Below, piece after piece: positions 9,744 to 20,322 of a DNA stretch of 64,000 nucleotides. The stretch lies in IMG/VR virus record IMGVR_UViG_3300011678_000001, positions 1 to 64,000 of that record. One strand, written 5' to 3'. Position 1 is the stretch's first letter. The number at the start of each line of letters is the position of its first letter. The DNA comes from a virus. Taxonomy: Duplodnaviria; Caudoviricetes. Both the position numbers and the translations under genes were made by a program. Under the pieces are notes generated by a model. That model was given only the letters and a program-made list of their open reading frames with translations, was not told the DNA's origin and searched no databases.

Positions 9744-11306
9744 TTAGGTTGCTTTCTCCGCCTGACGATCCTTGATCTTCATGATCAGGTCAGCGGCGGT
9801 AACTGGCTTCTTGACTTCAGTACCGGCTTCGGCTTCAGAGACTTTAGCAATGGCGGCCATCGCTTTCTCTTTGGCTTTAAGCGCAGCATCGTACCAGTAC
9901 GGACGGTAAGTCCCGGCACGCATGTTGAGCAGGTCCATGGTCGACAGGAATGGGATGTCTGCGTAGGTCCCTTTCTCTTCCAGCGGGAGCCAGAAGCCAC
10001 GGGTGTCCAACAGCAGGTCCCAATCATACCCAGCCGCTACGATGTCATCGTACAGCTCCTTGGGTGTGCACATCAGGCCTTCTGGCAGGTCGTGCCACAG
10101 GTTGCGCATCATGCACATTTCAGCCGTGATGTTCATGGCACGCTTCAGACGCTGATCGTTCTCCATCAGCATGCGAACCGACTTACGGGTCAGGTTGACC
10201 GACGGGTACAGGTCCAGGCGGAAGTTTGGTTTGCCTTTGGCCTTGTTGCCGTCTTTGTCACTGATACCGAAGTAGTCGTAGCCTTTGCAATAGACGAACT
10301 CGGTCAGCTCAGGCTTCAAGCCTTCGGACTGAGACACCACCACTTCGAACGGGATACCGGACGGGCCCGACTTACCCCGCAGGTTGACCATGGTGATCAG
10401 GATCAGGTCGGTGTCGCCCTTCAGATCGTCCTCATCATCACGTGGGAACTCAGGCAGCTTGTCGGCATCGAGCAGCGGCGAGAGGGACACGCAGTACCAG
10501 CAATTGGCGGTGAGGAAGCTGAAGTTCTCTGGCACCTTCTTGAGCTTGAGGTCCCCTTTAAGGAACTTCAACCGCTTGATGTTCGGCTTGTACATGTCGA
10601 GCTGGTATTCCTGCCCAACGTGTGCCGTCATCAGGATGTTCAGACCCGAACCACCGGTCACCGAGGTGACTTGGTCGATCAGCTGGCTCTTGGCACCGGC
10701 CGCCTTCATGGCCACCATGTTCAGCTCTTTGTTACCGATGTCGCCCTTGTCGTACATGTTCATGACGCCTTCGGTCTGAAGACCGGACAGGGAGTCAAGG
10801 AAGCACAGGGTGGGCGACGGGATCTTGATCAGCTCACCGGTGGACTCATCAACGAACGGGGTGGTGATCAAGATCGACTTGTCTTTACGGCGGCTCTCGG
10901 CGTATTCGCGCATGGCGTTCCACCATTCGTTCCCGTTATACACGGTCGCGTCGGTGAACAACAGGCGGCCTGATTCGACCAGATCGATGCCGAACAGTTC
11001 AGGGAACTGACGGAACACGTTCATGATACGGCCGGGAGACAGCGTATTCTCTGAGTCATGGGCCATCATAATGGCCAATGAGATTCTGTTCATGACGGAC
11101 CCTTGTTGGAACAAGGAGATCACGGTTTTGAACATGTTGGGCAGGCCGGCTACGCCTGTGAAATGGTTCAGGCCACCACAGAGGATAGATTCCCCGTGCT
11201 TGCCCTTGTAGTACTTACCGGTCTGGATGTCGAAGAGCGCGCCGATATTCCACATCGGGCGAATCGACGGAGCCTTCTTGAACATGGCAAATGGGTTGTT
11301 AGACAT
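9744..11306 (-). CDS. uvsX: UvsX/RecA-like recombinase (phiKZ gp152-like)
   Basis: Walker A-like GVAGLPNMFKT, HDSENT, Walker B-like LCFLDSLS, ILMTAH. Confidence 0.8.
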   Translation of the reverse strand: MSNNPFAMFKKAPSIRPMWNIGALFDIQTGKYYKGKHGESILCGGLNHFTGVAGLPNMFKTVISLFQQGSVMNRISLAIMMAHDSENTLSPGRIMNVFRQFPELFGIDLVESGRLLFTDATVYNGNEWWNAMREYAESRRKDKSILITTPFVDESTGELIKIPSPTLCFLDSLSGLQTEGVMNMYDKGDIGNKELNMVAMKAAGAKSQLIDQVTSVTGGSGLNILMTAHVGQEYQLDMYKPNIKRLKFLKGDLKLKKVPENFSFLTANCWYCVSLSPLLDADKLPEFPRDDEDDLKGDTDLILITMVNLRGKSGPSGIPFEVVVSQSEGLKPELTEFVYCKGYDYFGISDKDGNKAKGKPNFRLDLYPSVNLTRKSVRMLMENDQRLKRAMNITAEMCMMRNLWHDLPEGLMCTPKELYDDIVAAGYDWDLLLDTRGFWLPLEEKGTYADIPFLSTMDLLNMRAGTYRPYWYDAALKAKEKAMAAIAKVSEAEAGTEVKKPVTAADLIMKIKDRQAEKAT

Positions 11307-11391
11307 GGTACTTCAGATTCCATTTAAGATGGGATACGGTTGTGCGCAAACGATATGAAAAACTACTTTCTTTTAACACGGAGTCATACCG

Positions 11392-12249
11392 ATGAATTTT
11401 GACGACATCTACGGCGCTATGGATCAACAGGTCTCGATGGAAGACCTTGAGCGCCTGGCTACTAACATCTCCTTGGAAGCGGCATTGGGTGGTCTACAGC
11501 AACGTACAGCCCCACGCGTTATGCAGTTCTTCCGCAGTGCGTCTGGGTTCTTTACTAAGATCAAGTTCACGGCCATCAACGTGGCAGGGCTGACCGCCCG
11601 TGACTTGAATGGGTACGTGGGTGCAGTGGGTTACGTAAACGCATCCAACAAGAATGTCATCGTGCCGGAAAGCTTCACTGGCCAGTGGGTCCCTTACAGC
11701 GCTGCGCTGAAAGAAGCCATGACCAAAGCCATCCAGATCGAAGGGATGATCCTGAGCTTCAACCAAGCCCTTGGTCGCATCATCAACGATCCAGCCGCCC
11801 TGACGTCGCTGTCAGGCATTGGCTACACTGGACCGCGCTCGTTGGGCCTCACAGCCGACATGGTTGCCATTGGTAAGACCTACTTCGATCCACGCAGCAA
11901 TCACATCACCCGTGCGCTAGGCTCGGTGATCGAACGCCCTGTGGACATCGACACTACCGTGGCTAACGTCAACGCTGCAGCGTCATTGGACAAGGCGCAC
12001 CCGCCTGCCAAAGCCCTGAAGGCGGTGAGCCGGACCATGGAGATGGCTGACACCCTGATGGCAACTGTGAAGCTGCTGACCGAGAACAAGAGCCTCTCTC
12101 ATCAAGAGGTCCTGGACGTTGCGTTGCAGGAATTGGTTGACCTGACTCTCAGCATCGCCAAGGAAATGGAGTCGTACGGCACGCTTCTGTACCGTATCCG
12201 CCAGTTCTCCGAAGCGCTGAAAGACAGCCTGAAAGAGATCAAAAAGTAA
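11392..12249 (+). CDS. Virion head protein with S-x-E processing motifs
   Basis: GGAG RBS and upstream TATG. N-terminal VSME and ISLE match the phiKZ prohead protease S/A/G-x-E cleavage motif. Confidence 0.6.
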   Translation: MNFDDIYGAMDQQVSMEDLERLATNISLEAALGGLQQRTAPRVMQFFRSASGFFTKIKFTAINVAGLTARDLNGYVGAVGYVNASNKNVIVPESFTGQWVPYSAALKEAMTKAIQIEGMILSFNQALGRIINDPAALTSLSGIGYTGPRSLGLTADMVAIGKTYFDPRSNHITRALGSVIERPVDIDTTVANVNAAASLDKAHPPAKALKAVSRTMEMADTLMATVKLLTENKSLSHQEVLDVALQELVDLTLSIAKEMESYGTLLYRIRQFSEALKDSLKEIKK

Positions 12250-12257
12250 GCCACGCT

Positions 12258-12298
12258 GCATAAACCGATGGGAGGGCACCAGTCCCTCCCATCTATGC
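12258..12298. terminator. Bidirectional hairpin (CATA-stem-TATGC type)
   Basis: GCATA..GATGGGAGGG-loop-CCCTCCCATC-TATGC between convergent genes. Confidence 0.7.
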
Positions 12299-12302
12299 TG
12301 CC

Positions 12303-12683
12303 TCAGGCCAACTTTTCGAGATGTTGCGATTGCCGAAGCACGCTTTCCACATCGCGCAACATGGTTTCACGATCCAGGTAACGCAGCCAACGTGGCATGC
12401 GTCCGTAGACCAACTCGACAGCCTGTTTGAAATCACCTTGCTCACAACAAGACACCACCTGATCGACCACCGGGCCTTTCCACAGCACCCCAGCCGTCAT
12501 GGCGGGGAAGGACAGGGACCTTGGGTCATTGACCAGGTAAAATAACTTGTTGAACTCCGCAAGCAGTGAATCATCGGGGTCGTAATTCCGGATCATCCGA
12601 AAGTACAAACTGACCATGAACACTGTACGCTTAGCTGAAGTCCAAAATCCATGTGATTGGTTCATCGCAACAGATCGGTACAT
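12303..12683 (-). CDS. Hypothetical protein
   Basis: 126-aa ORF downstream of RNase H. Confidence 0.6.
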   Translation of the reverse strand: MYRSVAMNQSHGFWTSAKRTVFMVSLYFRMIRNYDPDDSLLAEFNKLFYLVNDPRSLSFPAMTAGVLWKGPVVDQVVSCCEQGDFKQAVELVYGRMPRWLRYLDRETMLRDVESVLRQSQHLEKLA

Positions 12684-12693
12684 AGCGAGCCCG

Positions 12694-14232
12694 TTATTTC
12701 ACTAATTTGAAGTTGCCGAACGGATTAGCCCAAATACCAATGTCGTCAGTCGTCTCGATCACCGTTGCATAACGGATAACCGTGTCAGACTCACGCCAGG
12801 TCAAGGCCACCACTCGCTGAACATTCTCAGCAAGCGCCGACAGCGCATTCCGACCAATGATGTCAGAGCCAACGATGAGTCGGACTTTCGTCTTCGCCAC
12901 CGGGACTTCCGGCATCGCCCTAAGCTCGCGAGCAAAGGCGGTGTTGAAGTTCACGGTCACATCCAGGTGCTTCACCGCACTGGTGATCTCCTTACGAAGC
13001 TTCCGCGTCACCTTACCTTTCTTCTCAACGGCTTCATATAGTAGGTCTGTCAAATCGGTTGAAATGACTGACTTGTCCCCGTCCATGAACTGGTCAAGGA
13101 TTTTCGCCAGACCACTCAGGTTATCCACGTTGTAATACGACAGCCCCGTCGGTGTGACGTGGTTGACGACCGGTACGCGCTTTTCAGTCTGCAAGCTCAT
13201 ATTCGCCTTGTTTCGGCGGAACACTGACATGCCAAACTTGATAATGTCCTCCGATACGTTAGCGTTCAGGATGTTACGGAGCGCGCCTACAAAAAGGTGC
13301 CCGACCTGAGTGCTGTCTTGCTGAATGAAATGTTCCCGTACTTTCTCAAGGACAGTAAGCTGTTCCTTAACGTAGAGAACCGCGTTGCTGGAGTCAGACT
13401 GCGGCTTGGAGATGTCTTCATCATCGCCGTGCTGGCCTGTCCAGTAAATGAACCGCCCGTCTTTAGCTGTCCGACACTCAGTGGCGTCAGAGCTGAAGTA
13501 CCATTTTGGCTGATCCATCATCCGGTTGTGATTGATCACGGATTTCCAGTAACCCTCCGGTTGTTGTTCCAGTTTATAGGTCAGGTTATAACCGTTCATT
13601 CCGATACAGTTACCCTTACCTGCCCACTGGTCGGCCATTTCATTCCCCGTGTGGCCGGCGTGTCCCTTGATCCAGGCGAGCGTGACCTGGTTATTTGAAT
13701 CGCGGAACTTGTTAAGCAGTGAATCTACTTCCAGCCAGTCTTCCTTGTTGGCGACATCGTCCCCATTACGATTGCGCCATCCGGTCTGCTTCCATCGGTC
13801 GAGATACTTGTTGATCCCTTCAACGACGTACTGAGAGTCAGAATAGATGATGGTGTGGTGCAAGCCCTTTTCCAGGGCGTAGTTGAGTGCCTGCTTAGTG
13901 GCAATCAGCTCAGTGTGATTGTTGCTGGTGGCCTTAGGCACACCGCCGAATGTATCGATGTAATTGAGGATATTGACTGCTTGGTCTTCATCTTTGGTGT
14001 CGCTGTAGCCTTTAGCAGTCGGTGTCGACTTGGATAAACCGCTTCCTTTAACCGGTAGGCTATCCGCAGTATAGACATACCCGTGGACTCCCCAACCTCC
14101 GGCCTTCTCAGAATTATAAAACCCACCATCCGAGTACAACACCCCTTTGTACAAGGGTATGGTGGATTGCTCCTTAGTTTCCGTCATTACTGAACCTTCG
14201 GCAGACATAGTTGGCGTGACGGTCATGCTCAT
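12694..14232 (-). CDS. rnhA: Ribonuclease HI with long C-terminal extension (phiKZ gp155-like)
   Basis: LYSDGG, SNNHTELIA, IYSDSQYV, WKQTGW...VANKEDW, WIKGHAGHTGNEMADQWA are all RNase HI motifs. Start moved to 14232. Confidence 0.9.
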   Translation of the reverse strand: MSMTVTPTMSAEGSVMTETKEQSTIPLYKGVLYSDGGFYNSEKAGGWGVHGYVYTADSLPVKGSGLSKSTPTAKGYSDTKDEDQAVNILNYIDTFGGVPKATSNNHTELIATKQALNYALEKGLHHTIIYSDSQYVVEGINKYLDRWKQTGWRNRNGDDVANKEDWLEVDSLLNKFRDSNNQVTLAWIKGHAGHTGNEMADQWAGKGNCIGMNGYNLTYKLEQQPEGYWKSVINHNRMMDQPKWYFSSDATECRTAKDGRFIYWTGQHGDDEDISKPQSDSSNAVLYVKEQLTVLEKVREHFIQQDSTQVGHLFVGALRNILNANVSEDIIKFGMSVFRRNKANMSLQTEKRVPVVNHVTPTGLSYYNVDNLSGLAKILDQFMDGDKSVISTDLTDLLYEAVEKKGKVTRKLRKEITSAVKHLDVTVNFNTAFARELRAMPEVPVAKTKVRLIVGSDIIGRNALSALAENVQRVVALTWRESDTVIRYATVIETTDDIGIWANPFGNFKLVK

Positions 14233-14233
14233 G

Positions 14234-14638
14234 TTATATCCCAGATCCTTTCTGAAAAACATCACTTGAACTTGACTGACAATTCTGGCGATGCTGGAGT
14301 ATGTCTTCTTGCAAAAACCGTTCTTCATCATCGATGTATTGCTTCAACCGCTCGGCGTAACTGAGCAGCACTTCTGTGCGCATGGCATCATCGAGGCGAC
14401 TGATGTCTATCTTAGGTGCGTGTGGTCTGACATGCCCCAGGCGGGGCGCGCGTTGGAAGGCTGGGCAATGCTGATGGGCCAGCGGAGCGGCTTCAGCCAG
14501 CACTGGAGACAGGGTGTACGTGATATTGGTGGCAGTGGTGTGGTTCACGGTTTCGACATACGCACAAGAACCGAGGGACACCGCGAGCCAAAAGATGGAG
14601 GCTATACGGGTCCCTCGAAATGCTTTGGGTATCATCAT
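14234..14638 (-). CDS. Putative lipoprotein (o-spanin-like)
   Basis: Basic N-terminus, hydrophobic stretch and lipobox-like LGSC. Confidence 0.45.
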   Translation of the reverse strand: MMIPKAFRGTRIASIFWLAVSLGSCAYVETVNHTTATNITYTLSPVLAEAAPLAHQHCPAFQRAPRLGHVRPHAPKIDISRLDDAMRTEVLLSYAERLKQYIDDEERFLQEDILQHRQNCQSSSSDVFQKGSGI

Positions 14639-14647
14639 GGGTTATTC

Positions 14648-15100
14648 CTATTCGCTGAGGCGTCTCCACCGTTCAGCCAGTTCGGTTGACGGTGGGCGGA
14701 CAGGTACGGGTTTTTCAACAGGGTGCTTGGGTCTCGGGTGCGTAGGGGGTTTAGGTTCCGGTTTGGGTGTTGAGGGCTGTAAGGTTTCCAGGTGCGCCTT
14801 GAGTTCCAAGTAGCGGGCCTGGTATAACTCTGCGCGTTCGGTTAACAGGGGGATCTGCGTGTCGAGTTCCTTTTGCAGACGAGCATGCTGCCGTTCATGA
14901 CGGCCCAACATGACTTCTTGTTCTTTGGCCAGCCTGAACACATGCACGAAAAGCAGGGTCATGATGACGAAGCCAACAGAGGTCACGATGAGGGCGAGAT
15001 TCTGGCGAACAAACTGTCTAAAGGTCCGGTCACGCAACCAGAGCTCTTTGATAAAGAGCGCCAGTGCCCTGACAAGTTTAGCCAGTGCCATAAAGTACAT
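14648..15100 (-). CDS. Membrane protein with coiled coil and Pro-rich tail (i-spanin-like)
   Basis: TM helix LALIVTSVGFVIMTLLFVHVF, heptad region, PKPEPKPP tail. Start ATG 15100 with AGGGA RBS. Confidence 0.5.
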   Translation of the reverse strand: MYFMALAKLVRALALFIKELWLRDRTFRQFVRQNLALIVTSVGFVIMTLLFVHVFRLAKEQEVMLGRHERQHARLQKELDTQIPLLTERAELYQARYLELKAHLETLQPSTPKPEPKPPTHPRPKHPVEKPVPVRPPSTELAERWRRLSE

Positions 15101-15183
15101 CGTATTCCCTAAAATGGTATGGACGTTCAACGTTATTTTTAACGACTGTCATAAGTTACGTGGCCATCTGCCCGGAGAACGAC

Positions 15184-16542
15184 ATGTACAAACTGAAGGC
15201 GTTTAGCCTTATCTCTGCTTTGATTGATAACACGCGGACGGTGGTCGCTCCGATTGGCGAATTGTCGCCGCGTGCTTTGACCTATGCTCGCGAGAAAGAG
15301 TACCTTAACTCTGCCGCAGCACCGGGTCATACCCTGGTGGTCTTCTCTAACACCCGTGACGGTGTCATTGAGCAGACTGATCCTGTATTGGCCAGCAAAC
15401 TCCTGCTGATCAATAAGTGGATGTACGAACAAGCCCTTGCCGGTAAGTTCAACACCAGCATCGAATCGTTCCGCACGGCGTTCATTCAGCAGTTCGGTTC
15501 GCAATACGCCATCTGGTCCATCGGTGCCATGGTAGAAGCACAATCGAACGTCTGGTTGCCAGGCGTGATCGAAGTGCGTGACATCACCAGCGATGACATC
15601 CAGTTCAAACTGTGGTACGCCACGGAAGTCTTCGAGCAACAATTCGACGAGTACCAGATCGTCGTGGTCCCACCGGTGGATGACCTTGACGTCTTCTTCC
15701 TGGGCAGTGCACAGGTCAAGTCGGCATTGGCCGCCCGTACACACGACCTCACCATGGAAGCGATTCAGGAGGCCAAAGAAGGCTACCCGGAGACGTTCGT
15801 CAGCGGTGAGATGTACGAGTGGTTCGATCCGATCAACCCGCTTGACAAGACTCGGCGCATCGCCACCTACTGGACCCCAGTGATCTACGGTATCGCAGGC
15901 CGTAACGTCGATTCCATCAAGGAAGCGATTCGTGAATACATCCTGGAGAACAGCACCCACACCAAAGAAGAGTGGGCCACGATCTTCCCGGAGATTTTCA
16001 CCTCCACTGAGTTCCTGTTTGTGCCTCTGTGGGGGAATTACTCCATCACCAACCGTGAACTGGAAGCCGGTCTCTATAGTTCAGTGACCAATGTCCTGCA
16101 GAGCTTGGTGCATCTGAAGCGTCTGGTGCGGGGTGAGGGTTACACCGAAGACTACATCCAGAACAATGCTGAAGTGTTCGGGGCGTCTCACAAGGCCATT
16201 ACGATCACCGTGACCGGTGGTCCGTATAACCGTGATGGCGTGACCTCCTTCGTGCAGCGTTACAGCGACTACATCAACGTCGACCCGACTGGCATGGACT
16301 TTGGGCGCATGGGTCCTGAGACCCGTCGGATGGTCTTGGCGTTGGCTGAGATGTTGGCAGTGGCAGAATCGATGACTCCAGATTCAGCTGTGCCGGTCAA
16401 GTTCACCCGTCTGATCCGTGACGGTGTGCTCTACGTGGCCTACACCCTGGATCGTTTCCAGTTGATCGTCACCAGTAAGTACTCGTACAACGACGAAACC
16501 CTGGCGGGCGGTACTGATGCAGGCGAGCCTGTGTTGGAATAA
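15184..16542 (+). CDS. Virion structural protein
   Basis: 452-aa ORF with GGAG RBS before ATG 15184; phiKZ-like structural context. Confidence 0.6.
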   Translation: MYKLKAFSLISALIDNTRTVVAPIGELSPRALTYAREKEYLNSAAAPGHTLVVFSNTRDGVIEQTDPVLASKLLLINKWMYEQALAGKFNTSIESFRTAFIQQFGSQYAIWSIGAMVEAQSNVWLPGVIEVRDITSDDIQFKLWYATEVFEQQFDEYQIVVVPPVDDLDVFFLGSAQVKSALAARTHDLTMEAIQEAKEGYPETFVSGEMYEWFDPINPLDKTRRIATYWTPVIYGIAGRNVDSIKEAIREYILENSTHTKEEWATIFPEIFTSTEFLFVPLWGNYSITNRELEAGLYSSVTNVLQSLVHLKRLVRGEGYTEDYIQNNAEVFGASHKAITITVTGGPYNRDGVTSFVQRYSDYINVDPTGMDFGRMGPETRRMVLALAEMLAVAESMTPDSAVPVKFTRLIRDGVLYVAYTLDRFQLIVTSKYSYNDETLAGGTDAGEPVLE

Positions 16543-16550
16543 CGATCCGA

Positions 16551-16584
16551 CATAGCGAGGGGGTGACCCCTCGCTTGTTATTTA
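16551..16584 (+). terminator. Stem-loop terminator
   Basis: CAT-AGCGAGGGG-GTGA-CCCCTCGCT-TGTTATTT. Confidence 0.7.
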
Positions 16585-16599
16585 CTTGACGAGGCATAC

Positions 16600-17310
16600 A
16601 TGAACCCGTTAATGATGGCAGCAGCAGAACGACGTAAATTAGGGCGAGGCCTATCCAGTTTGTTAGGTCGTAACCTGATAGCTGGAAACAGTGACCTCGG
16701 TTATTACGGGGTGTTCACTTCGTCAGAAGTAATCCGAGGTGACCAACTGGCCAGTCTTGTAGGCGTCTCCCAAGGTGCATCGATCTTTGCCGATGCAGGT
16801 TGGCTAGGGTTCTCATTAGACGGCAAAAGACTCTTGGTTGCAAAGAAACCGATTCGACACACCCTCAGCTGGGATCATCTGAATGCAGCCGGCGTGGCCC
16901 TCGGTAAAGACGTAACCATTAAGAATACGACAATGAAGGTGAGGCTGCTTCGAGGAGCCGCTTATTCCCCGGCACGGGACAACGAGCCATTTGCATTCGA
17001 TGACGATTCCGACATGACCAAGGGTTCGGAATGGAACCGTACGCTGTATCATGTCTCTAAGCGCATTCGCTCAAATGGCAGCTTGTCGACAGAAGGTATC
17101 GCTACAGGTGATTTCGCCCAGTTCCTTGAAGACGAACTAGGCATCTCGGGTAGCGCTAACTGGCGTGCCAACTGGACTCAGGAAAAACTACTCAACAATA
17201 GCGGCAAACGGATCTACCGAGGCAACAACATTGTATCGGATGTAGACGGCATCGAGTCATGGCAGTCTGGCGGTCTTTCATGGCGACCAGTGCTGGAACT
17301 GATTGTCTGA
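16600..17310 (+). CDS. Tail-associated virion protein (phiKZ gp131-like family domain)
   Basis: GYYG..TSSE, GWLGFSLDGKRLLVAKKPIRHTLSWDHL, VRLLRG, GSEWNR and terminal WRPVLELI. Confidence 0.65.
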   Translation: MNPLMMAAAERRKLGRGLSSLLGRNLIAGNSDLGYYGVFTSSEVIRGDQLASLVGVSQGASIFADAGWLGFSLDGKRLLVAKKPIRHTLSWDHLNAAGVALGKDVTIKNTTMKVRLLRGAAYSPARDNEPFAFDDDSDMTKGSEWNRTLYHVSKRIRSNGSLSTEGIATGDFAQFLEDELGISGSANWRANWTQEKLLNNSGKRIYRGNNIVSDVDGIESWQSGGLSWRPVLELIV

Positions 17311-17313
17311 CAA

Positions 17314-17349
17314 CATAAGGGGAGGGGCAGCTGCCCCTCCCTGTTATGC
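17314..17349. terminator. Bidirectional hairpin (CATA-stem-TATGC type)
   Basis: CATAAG-GGGAGGGGCAGCTGCCCCTCCC-TGTTATGC. Confidence 0.75.
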
Positions 17350-17359
17350 GGTTTTCATT

Positions 17360-17779
17360 TTAGTACCAGCCTTTATCCCGTTTGAGGGGTGGGACTTGGA
17401 CTTCAGCAGGCTTTGCCGGTGTGGCAGGCACGACAGCAGGCGGACACCCCAGCATGTCCAAGACTTCATCTTTGGTCGTGGACAGGTACATGGATTGGCC
17501 ATGCTGCAACATCTCAAGGACAGTTTCCTCACTGACGCTTTCAATCAGTTCCTTGACAGACAGGAGGTACGTCTTTCCGTCGTCTTGGGATTGCGCGCTG
17601 AACAACCCGAACTTTCGCCACGTCTCAAGGTCAGGGTCCAATGAGCACTGGTAGTTTAACCTGTACCGAACTTCGTACAGCAGGGGCAAGTCACGCCCCG
17701 GCCATGTCCATTTGTTCGGCCCGTTGCCAGTGGTAGCAGCGCCCAGGTAGAAACACGCTGTGGGGGCAATCAGGTTCAT
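17360..17779 (-). CDS. Hypothetical protein
   Basis: 139-aa ORF with GAGGA RBS, downstream of SbcC. Confidence 0.65.
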   Translation of the reverse strand: MNLIAPTACFYLGAATTGNGPNKWTWPGRDLPLLYEVRYRLNYQCSLDPDLETWRKFGLFSAQSQDDGKTYLLSVKELIESVSEETVLEMLQHGQSMYLSTTKDEVLDMLGCPPAVVPATPAKPAEVQVPPLKRDKGWY

Positions 17780-17788
17780 GCAATGTCC

Positions 17789-20257
17789 TCAGATAATGAT
17801 TACGTGTTCGTTGTAGGCCCGCTTCAAACTCACGTGCGAATCATCGATCACCGCAATCTGACTGTTGGGGTAGCTGTTCTGACTTTCAAACGAGTGGCTG
17901 ATGAAGAACACTTGCGAGTAGGTCTCATCATCCATCAGGTCCTTGAGCGCCAAGGTGAGGTTCAGGCGATGCACTTCATCGAAGGTCCGACCCAATTCAT
18001 CCAAGTAGAGCGGGTACCCTTCAAGCCCCAGGAACTTGTACACCACCAACCGGAATGCCTGGTTAACAATGTCAACCTGACTGTCTGAACCAAACTCAAT
18101 GTCTGGGATCATGTTGTCCGAATTGTGCACGTACATCGGGAACTTGTAGTTAAGCTCCCCGTCCTCGAGGTTACAGGTGTCCAGTGCCAGGTTGTAGCCC
18201 CACACTTTGGCAATCACTTCGTTGATGCTGGAGATGAAGGTGTTGATGAACACCATGATCTGCTCGGCAATGATACCGTCCCGAGGGGAGAGGATCTTTT
18301 CCAGCATGATCAAGGCTTTCTCTTCAGCCTTGGCTTGTTCCAACGAGCGATTGAGGTCATTGACGATCCCCATCTGCACTTCGGCTTCGGCCAGTGATTG
18401 CTCAAGCATCCCAAGCTGCACCTGATGACGCTTGACCTGAGACTGAATCTCCTCGACAGCAATGAACTTGACCATCTGATCCATCAGCTCATTGAGCCGA
18501 TCCAGGCTGCGCTGAACCGTATCGCCAATTTCACGGGCTTCGATCATGCGGTCGTAGAACTGGTCCACTTCTTTCAAGGTGGTCCGGGTATCAGTCAGGT
18601 GGTTTTTCAGGTCCACGACCCGCTCACTCAACGACAGGGCCACATCCCGTAGGCTGCTGGACTTGTCCAACTGCTTTAAGGCATTGAGACGGTCTACCAA
18701 CGGCGCGATCTCATGATCCAGCTGGTTGATCGCAAGCTTGGTCTTCACGTCACTGATGAAATCCACGCACACCGGTACCAGCTGACGCCCTAACCCAAAG
18801 CCGCCTGCGGTTTGCAGCAGTTGCCACAGCTCGATCAGGTCAGGGTTATGGTCCCGTAACCGATGCAAGGTGTGAATCACATCGCCTGCCTGATGGGCTT
18901 CTTGCAACCACTCACGAACGGCCCGAATCCGGTCTTCCATGGTGCGCTTAAAGCGCGTGCCCTTCTCCAACAGGTCTTTGATATTGCCTTCCTCGTCACC
19001 TGAGATCCCTTCTTTGAAGTTATGGTGACATGCTGGGCATTGAATCGTCGAACTGTTGTGGATGTGATCCAGGCGATACTCCAGTTCCCCAATCTTTGAG
19101 GTCCCGGCCATCATCTTTTCCTGCAACTCACTCAGTTCCCGTTGCTTGGTCTGAATGGTGTTGCGATCTAAGTAGGCAGCATCCACGGCGTTGACACCAT
19201 GCAGGGTCTCGATGGTCTCCTGAATGACGGCAAAGCAGTATTCGTGACTGGGCAGACGACTTGGATCGGCTTTAGTCTTAAACTGCTGACTTAATCGTTC
19301 CTTCTCGGCACCCAATTGCGTCAACCGCTCTTGCAATTCGACCGGATCGATCTCTTCAAGCTCTGCGATGCTGTGCAGCTGCTTGTCGATCTCCTGATGA
19401 CGCTCTGAGACCTCGTGTAAGGCCGCCTCAAGCATTTGCGCTCGAGACCTGAGGCTTTCCTTGAGTTGTAGAACCGCGTCGTCCTGAGTGCTCTTAACGG
19501 CCTTAGGGATCGACACCCGTAAATACTTAGCACGGGACAGCAGCGCATCAACATCAGCGGCTAACTGGTGGTACTGACGACTGTAAAACTCGAAGTTATC
19601 GGCAACCCCATCCCGGCGAGAGTGCTGGTGAAGGCGAATGAGCTTCTCAGTGATCTCTTGGGACTGTCTGCGCAAGGTGTTGAACGTGGCATCGTCAATC
19701 TTCTTGGCGGTCTCCGATACCAGACGCCCGGACTGATGCTTAATGACCGCACTGGTGTCTCGTACAGCCCGTTTGACCCGACCGTGCAGTTTGATGACAT
19801 AGTCAAAGTCTGCCGAGGATAACAAGGTGATCCAGTGACGACGCTCCAAGGTGCTCATCTTGGTGAACAAGAGCTGACCGGACAGCACTTCGTGCAGTTC
19901 GTTGGTCATGCCAAAGTGTTCACGGACAAGTTCTTTCTGGACAGCGCCGGTATGGCCTTCGTTCAGTTCCTCGCCATCACAGATAAAACTGTGGACAGGT
20001 GACTTACCTGAGATGTCAGTGCGCAGGACGTAGGTCTTGCCATTGTTCATGACGTTGACTAGCTTGTAACCACCGGCTTCAAAGTCGCTCTTCTCACCGG
20101 GTAGAACTGTAAAGCCCATCTTAAGCAAACTTGATTTACCCGAGCCATTGGTGCCCAGTACGATCTGGGTTTTCATGGTCGGGTTGATCTCAAAGGTCTC
20201 AATGCCTTTAAGATAGAACCGTCTGCATTTATGCAAAACGAGTTTGGTGATAAACAT
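17789..20257 (-). CDS. sbcC: SbcC/Rad50-like SMC ATPase (phiKZ gp165-like)
   Basis: Walker A GTNGSGKSS, long coiled coils, central CPAC zinc hook, GSDSQ signature, Walker B LYLDELG, FFISH. Confidence 0.9.
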   Translation of the reverse strand: MFITKLVLHKCRRFYLKGIETFEINPTMKTQIVLGTNGSGKSSLLKMGFTVLPGEKSDFEAGGYKLVNVMNNGKTYVLRTDISGKSPVHSFICDGEELNEGHTGAVQKELVREHFGMTNELHEVLSGQLLFTKMSTLERRHWITLLSSADFDYVIKLHGRVKRAVRDTSAVIKHQSGRLVSETAKKIDDATFNTLRRQSQEITEKLIRLHQHSRRDGVADNFEFYSRQYHQLAADVDALLSRAKYLRVSIPKAVKSTQDDAVLQLKESLRSRAQMLEAALHEVSERHQEIDKQLHSIAELEEIDPVELQERLTQLGAEKERLSQQFKTKADPSRLPSHEYCFAVIQETIETLHGVNAVDAAYLDRNTIQTKQRELSELQEKMMAGTSKIGELEYRLDHIHNSSTIQCPACHHNFKEGISGDEEGNIKDLLEKGTRFKRTMEDRIRAVREWLQEAHQAGDVIHTLHRLRDHNPDLIELWQLLQTAGGFGLGRQLVPVCVDFISDVKTKLAINQLDHEIAPLVDRLNALKQLDKSSSLRDVALSLSERVVDLKNHLTDTRTTLKEVDQFYDRMIEAREIGDTVQRSLDRLNELMDQMVKFIAVEEIQSQVKRHQVQLGMLEQSLAEAEVQMGIVNDLNRSLEQAKAEEKALIMLEKILSPRDGIIAEQIMVFINTFISSINEVIAKVWGYNLALDTCNLEDGELNYKFPMYVHNSDNMIPDIEFGSDSQVDIVNQAFRLVVYKFLGLEGYPLYLDELGRTFDEVHRLNLTLALKDLMDDETYSQVFFISHSFESQNSYPNSQIAVIDDSHVSLKRAYNEHVIII

Positions 20258-20322
20258 TGGGTACTACCCTCCCCTAATTCTGTAGGATAGGTCTTGTAAG
20301 TTTCATTTTAATAGAGGTGGCT

